Assembly (NCBI GenBank): GCA_965644315.1 | Contig: CBFFRQ010000051.1 | Span: 1-64,000, forward strand | Length of the DNA stretch: 64,000 nt | Origin: Caecitellus pseudoparvulus | Taxonomy: Eukaryota > Protista > Bigyra: Bicosoecida | Direction: 5' to 3' | Shown here: one piece after another, positions 23,137 to 32,676 of the stretch | Layout of the letters: each line of letters opens with the position of its first letter | Numbering within the stretch: position 1 is the stretch's first letter | The notes under the pieces: model-generated | The model's input: only the letters and a program-made list of their open reading frames with translations | The model's database searches: none | Told to the model about the DNA's origin: nothing | Translations under genes and position numbers: made by a program

Positions 23137-24159
23137 ATGCAGTCCAGGAGCGAGGCAGAGCGGTGTGTGGCTCTGTGGCGGGGCGCATGTCGCAATAATG
23201 ACGCCAGTGCGCTGGCACGGATGCTGGGCGTGGAGGGGGCGCCAGAGCTGAGGAGTGGTTTGAGTGGGCTGACGCAGGATGAGACGACTAGCGCCTTTCT
23301 GGTGGCGTGCAAGGCAGGTCATGTGGGTCTGTTGCGTGGGCTGTTGGAGCTGACGGGCGATTGTGCAGTGGACGTGCACGTGGGGGATGAAGCGGGGCCT
23401 GAGGCTGGCTTCCGCCTTGCCTGTGAGAATGGGCACATTGGCATGGTGCGTGAGTTGCTGAAGTTGACCGGGGATAGAACTGTGGATGTACACACAGGGC
23501 CCGAGGGCGAGCCTGAGGCTGGATTTCGGGTTGCATGTGAGAACGGGCACATATGGGTGCTGCATGAGCTGCTTGCACTGACTGGTGACCGTGAGGTAGA
23601 CGTGCATGCCATTTGCGAGGCTGGCTTTCGAGATGCCTGTCAGAATGGGCACTTAAGTGTCGTGCGTGAATTGCTGATGCTGACAGGGCATCGTGAGGTG
23701 GATATTCACTCGGGTCGGGAAGCTGGCTTTCGGTTTGCTTGTGCGGCTGGGCATGTGGATGTGGTGCGAGAGCTGCTTGCCCTGGCTGGAAGTCGGGCCG
23801 TCAACGTGCACGCACCCTTCATGGGTGAGCCTGAGGGTGGCCTTCGACTCGCCTGCCGCAATGGGCACACTGAAGTGGTTCGTGAGCTGCTTGCATTGGT
23901 AGGTAGCCGTGAGGTGGACGTGCACGCCCGATTCAGGGGCAATGCTGGCGCTTCCTTTCGGCTTGCGTGTGCAAGGGAACACGTGGGTGTGGTGCGCGAG
24001 CTGCTCGGCCTCACCGGACTCCGAGCCATCCCCCTTCAAGCACGTCTTCAGGCTGGAGAGGTGGCTGTGCAGCCTGCCAAGGATGCTGTATGGGCCGGCA
24101 CCAGCACTCGACGGGGACGGCGTGGCATGTTGCTGCTGCGCGTATCTGAGCGAAGGTGA
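23137..24159 (+). CDS. Ankyrin-like repeat protein copy F3 (7 repeats)
   Basis: Uninterrupted ORF: N-cap MQSRSEAERCVALWRGAC, repeats FxxACxxGHxxVVRELLxLxGxRxVDVH, and C-cap. Confidence 0.88.
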   Translation: MQSRSEAERCVALWRGACRNNDASALARMLGVEGAPELRSGLSGLTQDETTSAFLVACKAGHVGLLRGLLELTGDCAVDVHVGDEAGPEAGFRLACENGHIGMVRELLKLTGDRTVDVHTGPEGEPEAGFRVACENGHIWVLHELLALTGDREVDVHAICEAGFRDACQNGHLSVVRELLMLTGHREVDIHSGREAGFRFACAAGHVDVVRELLALAGSRAVNVHAPFMGEPEGGLRLACRNGHTEVVRELLALVGSREVDVHARFRGNAGASFRLACAREHVGVVRELLGLTGLRAIPLQARLQAGEVAVQPAKDAVWAGTSTRRGRRGMLLLRVSERR

Positions 24160-24602
24160 CAGACCCAGTCCTTTCCAGCCCCCTCGCATCCAACCCTCTT
24201 CAACCAACCTTCAGCTACTGGTGTGCTTGCCCAACTGCCCCCCGTCTGCGCGGAGTGGGGGTTGGCCACTCACACAGACGGCTCGCTTTACAGTTGCGGT
24301 ACTGTACGTGTATCAGGAGCGGAATGCATTGGCGTGGTGTGTGCTGGCAGGCTGTGAATGGACTTGAAGCTTGAGGTGGAGCCAGGCACAGCAAAGCACC
24401 CTTGCCTGAGGCAGGGTCGCCACAGGCAATGGACACACTGACGACCACCCAAATCAAAACGCGTTTCTATTTGTACTATTGCACATGCACTGCAGGCCCG
24501 CTTGAACACCGCCTGGACCCCCCATTCTGCGCTGTTGCGGAGGGGAGTGTGTGCGGTAATTGGTGCACGCAAACCAGGCACACCGTGGCATAGCTGCCCG
24601 GC

Positions 24603-25997
24603 ATGCAGTCAGATGGCGAGGCAGAGCGGTGTGTGGCCCTGTGGCAGGGTGCATGTCGTAATGACGACGCCAGTGGGCTGGCACGGATGCTGGGCGTGGG
24701 TGGGGCGCCTGGGAGTGATTTGAGTGGGCTGTCGCAGGATGAGACGACGGACGCCTTTCTGGTGGCGTGCAAGGCGGGTCATGTGGGTCTGTTGCGCGGG
24801 CTGTTGGGGTTGACGGGTGAGCGTGCAGTGGATGTGCACGTGGGGGATGGAGCAGGGCCTGAGGCTGGCTTCCTCCTTGCCTGTCAGAGGGGGCACATTG
24901 GTGTGGTTCGTGAGTTGCTGGCGTTGACAGGTGATCGAGAGGTGGATGTCCACGCTGGACCCCCAGGCAGGCCTGAATTCGGGTTTGTTGCTGCCTGCTC
25001 GAGAGGGCACCTGGATGTGGTGCGTGAGCTGCTGGCTCTGACGGGTGATCGAGCCGTGAACGTCCATGCCTGGTTTTGGGGCAAGCCTGAGGCGGGTTTC
25101 ATTCCTGCATGCCGCAACGGACACACTGCGGTGGTGCGCGAGCTGCTTGCTTTGGAGGGCGACCGAGCTGTGGATGTGCATGCTGGGCTTGAGGGTCAGC
25201 CTGAGTACGGCTTCGTTCGCGCATGTGAGAGCGGGCACGTGCATGTGGTTCGCGAGTTGCTGGCTTTGAGCGGGGAACGTACAGTGGATGTACATGCTAC
25301 TGACCGAGGTGGGCCAGAAGCTGGCTTTCGACTTGCCTGCCAGTTTGGTCACATTGATGTTGTGCGTGAGCTGCTTGCTTTGTGCGGCGATCGAGAGGTG
25401 AACGTGCACGCAGCTTGTGAGGGCGAACCTGAGGCCGCGTTCCGGCACGCATGCCAGAATGGGCACGTGGAGGTGGTGCGTGAACTCTTGGCTCTAACTG
25501 GGCACCGCGAAGTGGATGCGCATGCAGGGTTCGGGAGTTGGCCTGGGCCAGGCTTCCAGCTTGCTTGTAAGGATGGACACGTAAATGTGGTGCGCGAGCT
25601 GCTAGCGCTGAGCGGTGCCCGTGAGGTTGACGTACATGTGGGTGATATGCTTGGCCCCGAGGCTGGTTTCCGGGATGCCTGCCAGAATGGCCACGTGGAC
25701 GTTGTCCGCGTGCTTCTGGCGCTTACTGGGCACCGCGAGGTGGACGTGCATGCTGGGCCTGAGGGTGCGCCTGGGTACGGCTTCTTACTTGTCTGTCGAA
25801 ATGGGCATTTAGAAGTGGCGCGAGAGCTGCTCGGCCTCACTGGGCATCGAGCCGTCCCGCTCCAGACTCGGCTTGAAGCTGGACAGGTGGCCGTTCAGCC
25901 AGCCAAGGATGCGGTTTGGACCGGCACCAGCACTCGGCAAGGGCGAGGTGCCATGGTGCAGTTTCACGTAGCTTGCCGATCAACAGTGCCGAAGTAA
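24603..25997 (+). CDS. Ankyrin-like repeat protein copy F4 (10 repeats)
   Basis: Uninterrupted 464-aa ORF with 38-aa (114-nt) repeats between the conserved caps. Confidence 0.9.
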   Translation: MQSDGEAERCVALWQGACRNDDASGLARMLGVGGAPGSDLSGLSQDETTDAFLVACKAGHVGLLRGLLGLTGERAVDVHVGDGAGPEAGFLLACQRGHIGVVRELLALTGDREVDVHAGPPGRPEFGFVAACSRGHLDVVRELLALTGDRAVNVHAWFWGKPEAGFIPACRNGHTAVVRELLALEGDRAVDVHAGLEGQPEYGFVRACESGHVHVVRELLALSGERTVDVHATDRGGPEAGFRLACQFGHIDVVRELLALCGDREVNVHAACEGEPEAAFRHACQNGHVEVVRELLALTGHREVDAHAGFGSWPGPGFQLACKDGHVNVVRELLALSGAREVDVHVGDMLGPEAGFRDACQNGHVDVVRVLLALTGHREVDVHAGPEGAPGYGFLLVCRNGHLEVARELLGLTGHRAVPLQTRLEAGQVAVQPAKDAVWTGTSTRQGRGAMVQFHVACRSTVPK

Positions 25998-26286
25998 AGT
26001 TGGTAGGTCCCACCGCAGCCTTTCCCTGCGAGTAAGAAGAGTGGAGGTTGTGGCTCAAGTTTGGTCCTGTGTGCACCATGCCGCCAAGCGGACGTCCTCA
26101 AACCGATATGGAGGTCAAATACCATGCTCAGAATGCAATTTAGTCGCATTTATGCTGAGGGAGTTCCATAGTGCGCGTTCCTGCCCCCTGTGAAGCCCCA
26201 TACCACCGTGCTACTCGCTGCGCGGGGCGTCGGTTTGAGTTTCCGCAAGGAGCTGCAGCCGCACTCTTTGCAGCCCTGCGGCCAGC

Positions 26287-27656
26287 ATGGCCGACTTTAC
26301 TACCCCTCCACCTGTGCGAAGGTCAACGAAACGTGGTCGAGGTATCGCGTGAGTTGTGTGCGCTTCCCGCTCGCTCGGAAAGGCAGCAGGCTGCCATGCG
26401 GCTGCCTGGCGTGCTGCAATGAAACGCTGACACTGCGCTGACACACCTTGGCCTGCCTGCACCGCAGAGGGTCCACGCCCGCGTCTTCCTCTCGTGCCCG
26501 AGCTTTGGATGAGTTTTCCTTCGTAGGGGGCGACACGCCTCCGCGGCCTGGCAAAGCGGCACGCAAGCTGAGCAGCCGAGCAGATGGTGCTGGTTCAGAC
26601 GCCCAGACACGCGTCCGCTCCATGAAAACCCGCACCTCCCTGACACAGCGGGCACCTGGTGCGGCAGGCCGTGTCTCCAAGACTCTGGCCGCTGCCAACC
26701 GCGCCACTTCTCGCAGCAGGGCGTTGTCCGCCTCGGCATCTCGCGTCGCACGCAAGTCAGGCGCCGCCTTGGCCGCAGCCCGGCGCCGGCGAGCAGCCCC
26801 AGGCCAGCGAGAAGCCAGCCTCCCCCTCCCAGTCGTGCACTCTGCCGCTGTGCTGCCCCGCGTGGCAGATGCAGAGGAGGACTACCAGCGCGCGTACATT
26901 CGGGCTGGGCAACTGGCTCGGCTGAACCTGGCGCGGGAGCTGAGCAGCGCCGTGGCACAGGCCACTGCGGGGCAGCGGGGTGAGGAGCTCATGGCACTGG
27001 CAGACAAGTTCCGTGCCACTGGCAAGGCTCACGAAGTGGTGTCTGTGCGTCTGCCCATGCCACGGGCGGCGTTTCTGCGCCTTTTCGGCAGCCGTGTGCG
27101 AGAGACCTGCTGCCCCTTCGGGCGGTACAGCCGTGCAGGCGCACAGGAGGCGCTGCTGCTGCTGCACCAGGCTCAAGATGACGCTGGGGAGATCGCCGGT
27201 ATTCTGGAGCCGTCCAAGGACCGTGTAGCGGACTGGGACACCATGTCCCCTCGTGTGGCCGAGTGCATGCAGGGCCAGGTGACACAGGCCGCCTTCAGCG
27301 AGCCCCTGACGGCGCCCTTGACTCTGGGGAGGGCCAGCGACATGGCGCTGCTGTGTGACGCCCAGCTGCCCCGCCCTGCCTCGCTCTCGTGGACTGTGGG
27401 GGCGTTCCTGTCGCCTGCCGGGGTGACGCCGGTGCTGGCCGTGCCACACCCTGGCAAGGCCCGCGTGACCTGGACGCCTGATGCTGACGCGGCAAAGGCC
27501 GGGGCCCGGGAGTTTGCAGGTGCTGTCGCACAGGGGGCAGGCCTGGGCGGTGGCAAGGTGGCCACTGCCTTCTTTGACGGTCCAGGAGAGCTGGAGCTGC
27601 GGCTGCCGCTACGGTTCACGCCAGGGGCCTCTCCCGTGGCGGCGTCCCAGGAATGA
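26287..27656 (+). CDS. Hypothetical protein
   Basis: Plausible exon 1 (ATG 26287, MADFTTPPPVRRSTKRGRGI) joins in frame through a GTGAGT...CAG intron (about 26349-26468) to the 402-aa ORF. Codon usage is coding-like, but no motif is recognisable. Confidence 0.6.
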
Positions 27657-27870
27657 ACACCGTTTGCGCATGATGTGCCTGGGACTCGTGTCTGCATATC
27701 CTGAGACAGACCAGGTTCGCGATTCCCTTGCTGTACGTGCTTGAGCCAAGATGCTGAGCTTCAGTGATTCGCTGCAAAAGCTTGCAGCCGACCAATTCAC
27801 ACCGCATGAACGGCATTTGCGAGGGCCGGGCCACCCTTGTTGTTAAGTGCCAAGGGCTTGTGTGTCAGGC

Positions 27871-29604
27871 ATGCTGCGCCACGTGCACTGCGCCGCTGCG
27901 CTGCTCCTGCCCCTGGCGTGTGCAGCTGCAGCTGCACAGGGCAGTGCGGAAAATGCTCGTCAGAGCAGCCCAGGCTCGCACATCGCGTTGATGTCCATTC
28001 CTGCGCGAGGGCACGTGAATTTGCTGATCCCTCTCGCACTGGACCTTGTCCAGCGGCACCGTGTGACTGCCATCCTGTGTGACCATTCCTACGAGGCTTT
28101 TGAGCAGCACCTGGCACCAGCCGGCGTGGAGTGGCTGTCGGCCGGCGCCTGCGACACGTACAACGGCAAGGACGAGATCATGACGCGGCTGATCCGGGAG
28201 GACGACTCGGAGGCCATGCAGGACATGATGCTGAAGGTGGCCCAGCTGGGCAAGGACATGGCGCATGCCGTGGCGTCGGCCTGGGCCTGCGACGCAGACT
28301 CGCGCCCCGACGTCCTGGTGTACGACGCAGACACCTTCGCAGGCCCTGCCCTGACGGAGCGCTTCGGCATCCCAGGCGTCGCCATGGTGGGCACTGGCTT
28401 TCGGGACCCGTACACTTCCCCGGTGTGGCTGCCCATCAGCCCCATCGCCATCGGGCAGGGGCGCCTGGACAGCTCCCTCCTGTGGCGCCTGGCAAACGCG
28501 GCGGGGCAGGTGTTCATGCAGCTGGTCGCGACGCCAGGCTACACGCGGCAGGTGCAGGAGGTGCCTCGGCGGGATCTCATGACGCAGGCGGCCTTCCAGT
28601 GCCCCGGCACCGGGCGGGCAGTGGAGGTGCCGGGATGGGTGCCGGCGGACCAGTTGCCGGCGTGGGATCCACAAGTGCCGTTCCAGGGCACACTGGCGCT
28701 GTACAACACCAACTATGGTCTGGAGTACCCCCGCCCCACCCTGCCGACGGAGCACGTTGTGGGCATGCTGTGCAACACAGCCCCGGACGGCAACCCGCCC
28801 CTTGGGGAGCTGTGGTCGGCGTGGTTGAGCGCCAGCGACGTGCCTGTCGTGTACATCGCCTTCGGCAGCATGTCAGCGCGGGGGGCCATGGACGCCGAGC
28901 TGGCTGCCCTCGTGCAGGGCTTCACAAGTCAGGGCGATGTGCGGGTCATCCTCGCCTCGGCGGCGGCGACAGGGACACAGGTGACGGTGTCGCCGACGAA
29001 CGCGACGTTTGTGCCTGTCAGTGGCAGCACCTGCGCAGAGGCAGGGTGTGTTGTGCTCACGCGGTGGGCGCCACAGGTCGCCCTGCTGCATGCGCCGCAG
29101 GTGCGCCTGTTCATGTCACATGGCGGCATGAACAGTGTCGCAGAGGGCATTGCCGCACAGCTGCCCATGTTCTGCATGCCACTGTTCGGCGACCAGCCCG
29201 ACAACTGCCAGCGCATCGAGGACAGGGGCATGGGGCAGCGTGTGTTCCGCAAGGAGCTCATTGACAACCCCGCCGCAGTGGTGCAGCGCATGGTGCGAGT
29301 GGCTCGCAATGGCTCAGAGTACGCCGCCGGCCTGGCGCGAGCAGCGGCTGCCCAGCGCCTGGCAGGCGGCGTGCCCCGTGCCGTGCAGTTGATTGAAGGC
29401 GTTGCGGCTGAGCCGGGCGTTTTCCTGAGCAAGGCACTGCTGCCACACGGCTACAGCCTGCCGCTGTGGCGTCGGTATGGCGTGGATGTGTTGGCTGTGG
29501 GGCTGCTGCTGGTGTGCGTCCTGGCGTGGGTGGCGGGGCGGCTGTCAGCACTGCTGCATTCTGCACTGTGCGGCAAAGCACCCACGAAGGCCAAGTCCGA
29601 CTGA
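27871..29604 (+). CDS. UDP-glucuronosyl/glycosyltransferase (GT1), ER-membrane type
   Basis: Signal peptide, N-terminal PARGHVN (catalytic His), VVYIAFGS, UGT signature WAPQVALLHAPQVRLFMSHGGMNSVAEGIAAQLPMFCMPLFGDQPDN, C-terminal TM helix and KAKSD (KxKxx) retrieval motif. Confidence 0.93.
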   Translation: MLRHVHCAAALLLPLACAAAAAQGSAENARQSSPGSHIALMSIPARGHVNLLIPLALDLVQRHRVTAILCDHSYEAFEQHLAPAGVEWLSAGACDTYNGKDEIMTRLIREDDSEAMQDMMLKVAQLGKDMAHAVASAWACDADSRPDVLVYDADTFAGPALTERFGIPGVAMVGTGFRDPYTSPVWLPISPIAIGQGRLDSSLLWRLANAAGQVFMQLVATPGYTRQVQEVPRRDLMTQAAFQCPGTGRAVEVPGWVPADQLPAWDPQVPFQGTLALYNTNYGLEYPRPTLPTEHVVGMLCNTAPDGNPPLGELWSAWLSASDVPVVYIAFGSMSARGAMDAELAALVQGFTSQGDVRVILASAAATGTQVTVSPTNATFVPVSGSTCAEAGCVVLTRWAPQVALLHAPQVRLFMSHGGMNSVAEGIAAQLPMFCMPLFGDQPDNCQRIEDRGMGQRVFRKELIDNPAAVVQRMVRVARNGSEYAAGLARAAAAQRLAGGVPRAVQLIEGVAAEPGVFLSKALLPHGYSLPLWRRYGVDVLAVGLLLVCVLAWVAGRLSALLHSALCGKAPTKAKSD

Positions 29605-29606
29605 CG

Positions 29607-30752
29607 TCAATCGGAGTCACCGGCGCCGCCCTGGGGCGTAGCCTCAGCCTGCCCCGCCTTCCACACACTCCACATGGCAGGCACCATGCGGAAGGGGTTG
29701 GCAGAGGCGGTGTGCACGCGCCCCTTGCGAGAGTGTGCCTCGGCGGCGCCTGCCTTGCTGTCGGGCGGCGAGGCAGCATCAGCGGCGCCCTCGGCAGCAT
29801 CCGGCTGGCCCATGTGTGCCCGTGCTGCCCACACCACCAGCATCATGAGGGCCATGGGTCCTCCGATGTACCACCCCGTCACCTGCAGCAGCGCCTCCCC
29901 CGCCGTCAGAGCCAGGAGACTGCAAGCCCACGCGCCCACCCTGCTCCAGCCACGGTAAATCCGCAGCTCGATGGCCAGCCGCCCAACCAGTGCGCGCACG
30001 ACAAATGGCAGGGCGTTGTCGCTGGGCCGCAGCAGCAAGCTCATGGACATGGCCAGGTACGGCACGAGCAGTGTGAGCGTGTACCAGACGTGGTACATGG
30101 TGCCGCCGCCCTTGCCCTTGCGCACCAGAGTCATGAGGAAGGGGGCGCCCTGGATGGCGTACAGGGGCACGAACGCCATGGTGGCGTCCCCGCTCACCGC
30201 CTGCACCGTGGCGTGGAACTGTGCGTTGGCGTAGAAGGACTTGAACTGCCCCACGAGGTCTGCACTGGTGGCCGCGGGGTACGGCATGGCGTTTGTCGTG
30301 CGGTGCTGGGCGTTGCCGAAGTGCGTCGTGATGTGGCGGGCCAGCACGGTGGTGCCCAGTACCAGCACCAGGCGAGCCAGCAGGCGCAGGGCGTGCCCTG
30401 CGGCCGTCCCGTCGTCGGATGCGAGCACCCCCCAGCACCAGCCACCCAGGAGCGTCACAACCGTGCCCAGCACGTGGCGAGAGGCAAAGAGGATGGAGTG
30501 CAGGCGGAACTCGGGCCAGATCATGGGCTTTGTGAAGATGCGGCGCATAGTCAGGGGCAGCAGGAGAGAGGACCAGGACAGTGCCCCGTGCACCAGCACA
30601 CAGCCCACGCTCGTGGCCAGACCTTCGCTCTCAAAAAACGCCACGCCCGTCGTCGCGATCATCCACAGCCGGAAGAGGAAGTGCAGCAGCGCGGCCACGC
30701 CCAGGATTTTGTGAATGTGAAAGGGGTCGTGGTGTGTGATCAAGTTCGCCAT
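29607..30752 (-). CDS. Uncharacterised multi-pass membrane protein with His-containing motifs
   Basis: Uninterrupted 381-aa ORF with about 7-9 hydrophobic segments. Motifs DPFHIHKILG..LLH, IWPEFRLHSILFASR and IQGAPFLMTLVRKG; strong codon bias. Confidence 0.75.
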   Translation of the reverse strand: MANLITHHDPFHIHKILGVAALLHFLFRLWMIATTGVAFFESEGLATSVGCVLVHGALSWSSLLLPLTMRRIFTKPMIWPEFRLHSILFASRHVLGTVVTLLGGWCWGVLASDDGTAAGHALRLLARLVLVLGTTVLARHITTHFGNAQHRTTNAMPYPAATSADLVGQFKSFYANAQFHATVQAVSGDATMAFVPLYAIQGAPFLMTLVRKGKGGGTMYHVWYTLTLLVPYLAMSMSLLLRPSDNALPFVVRALVGRLAIELRIYRGWSRVGAWACSLLALTAGEALLQVTGWYIGGPMALMMLVVWAARAHMGQPDAAEGAADAASPPDSKAGAAEAHSRKGRVHTASANPFRMVPAMWSVWKAGQAEATPQGGAGDSD

Positions 30753-31310
30753 GTTGCTCTGCGGAGTGGCGGGGCAGACGCTTGGTGAAGTGCACCTGTC
30801 TGACCTCTATCTGGTCGCCACGCCGACGGCGCCAGCACAGCCAGGCGGCGTCGTTACACCACGAGGCTTTGGAATGCTTTTCTTTTGGCTGGTTTTGGAT
30901 TTTCCCGCCACTGCTTGCTCCGCAGAACGCCGGGTGCAGCACGCAAGGGAGCCACCAATAGAGCGGGAGCAAGCAGGCCACGTACCTGGAGTGGGAGGGA
31001 CTTGTCCGCGTGCTGGGGTAGCTTTGGAACGTGAAAACGCAACGAATGAAGGCATGGATCATGCTTCGCTGGATTTCTGCAGGTTGTGTTTTAGAGGCCG
31101 GCCGCCATCGAGAGCAGCTCATGGCGAGAAGCTTGCTCGAAGACGTCGCGGGCCTGGCTGCATGCCGCAGGCAGCGCCCCAGCACTTTGCTCAGCGCCTC
31201 AAAAAATATACTTCTCCGCATAGTATGCATGTGCAGGCTGTGAAGTCGACACCTTGCGCACCTGAGCTTCCTTCCCGCAACGGCACACGCCACCCCCCCC
31301 CTGCTGCCCC

Positions 31311-32571
31311 ATGGAGGGCGTCCTATCGTGGCAGGCGATTGTGGCGTTCTTCGTTGTTGGACTCGGGTACTCGCTGACCAGTGCAGCGCTGCAGGTGTGT
31401 CAGGGCTGCGAGGCGGGCTGGCTGTGTGTTTGTGCTGAACCGATTTCCGCAACCGCCCAATGCTCCGCAGCTCGCTTTCTACGACTGGGGACAGGCAGCA
31501 GCCGGCCGATGGAAAGTTCAGCCCGAGGAAGATGCGGGTAGGTTCTGTGGCTTGTGCTGGTGATTCTGCCTCCCTTGCCAACGCCCCGAGGCCTTGCTTG
31601 TACAGGCTTGCACCACGCTGGCAGGAGCTGGCTTCCGGCGCTGTGGGGGAAAAAGCCCGGGCGCCACCCGCTGCACCAGGCGTGGGGCACGCTGAATGTG
31701 ATTGTAGCCAGTGTGTGCGGTGCGCTCACAGTGGAGGCTGCCTACCGTGACTTGCTACCACTGCAGCACTGGAGTGTGGGCGGCAGCGTGCAAAGCGCCC
31801 CGCTGCTCCTGCCGCTGCGTGTCCCCCTGACTGGTGCAGAGACAGGCACGCCTCTGGTCGTGGATGTGCCGAGTCATGTTGTGCATGTCGCTTTCTGGGT
31901 GGTGGTCATGTTCTTGTACGGTGCGTGGAGCCTGGCCGCAGCGCGTCAGGCACCTTGCCCCGCACGCGGCACTGACACCGCCTCACTGGACGCAGAGAGC
32001 GTGACTGAGTACTACTGGCACCGCATGATGCACTTGCCGTGGTGCTACAAGACCTGTCATCGCTACCATCACTTTTACAAGGCGCCTGAGCCGTTTGACG
32101 ACATGGTGTGTGCGCGTGCGCATGCCGCTTTCGGCGCTTCTCCGACGAAAGCCTATCGCCGCTCCCGCACTGCAGTTCATCCACCCCCTTGAGGCGCTGG
32201 GGTTCTACACTCTCTGCTTGTACACGCCTGCGTTTCTCTTCCCTGCCCACGTGCACGCGTTCGCGCTGTACATGGCGTGGAATGGCGTGACGGGCATCTT
32301 GGACCACTCCGGCATTGCGGTGCACATCCCGCTCCTGTACAACTCGGCAGACCACGACGCGCACCACCAGTACGTGGACGTGAACTATGGCTTCCCACAC
32401 ATCTTTTTGGACATTTTGCACGGCACTTTTGTGGGCGAGTGGGCTGGCAAGCGGTATTTGCCGGCGTACAAGGCGCCTCTGCGCAAGGAAGATGTTGCTG
32501 GCCAGCCTCTCTTTTTCGCACGCAGAGCACACTTGGCCGCAGCAGGGGATGGCCATAGCAAGACAACATGA
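31311..32571 (+). CDS. Sterol desaturase / fatty-acid hydroxylase family protein (ERG3/ERG25-like), about 5 exons
   Basis: His boxes YYWHRMMH, HRYHH, HPLEA, LDHSG and HDAHHQYVDVNYG, joined across GT-AG introns. Confidence 0.9.
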
Positions 32572-32676
32572 AGAGGCAAAGCTCGCTGCTGCTGTTCCTC
32601 CAAGTATGGTGTGCACCAGGGAGGTAGCGGCACGCCAGCGGGCGTCAAGGTGCATTGCAGCGCTTCCGCGCCAAGC

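Noticed and set aside
22543-25466. Antisense ORFs across the ankyrin genes (e.g. 22543-23652 -, 24609-25466 -)
   Set aside because: They are mirror frames of the repeat and are not consistently open among copies.
24603-25997. Near-invariant Cys and His in every repeat as a novel metal-binding array
   Set aside because: AC..GH is a common variant of the ankyrin consensus, so it is not sufficient evidence without a structure.
20577-26000. Ankyrin units as transposable elements
   Set aside because: No transposase or RT, terminal inverted repeats, target-site duplications or poly(A) tails were seen. Head-to-tail units with homologous spacers fit tandem duplication better.
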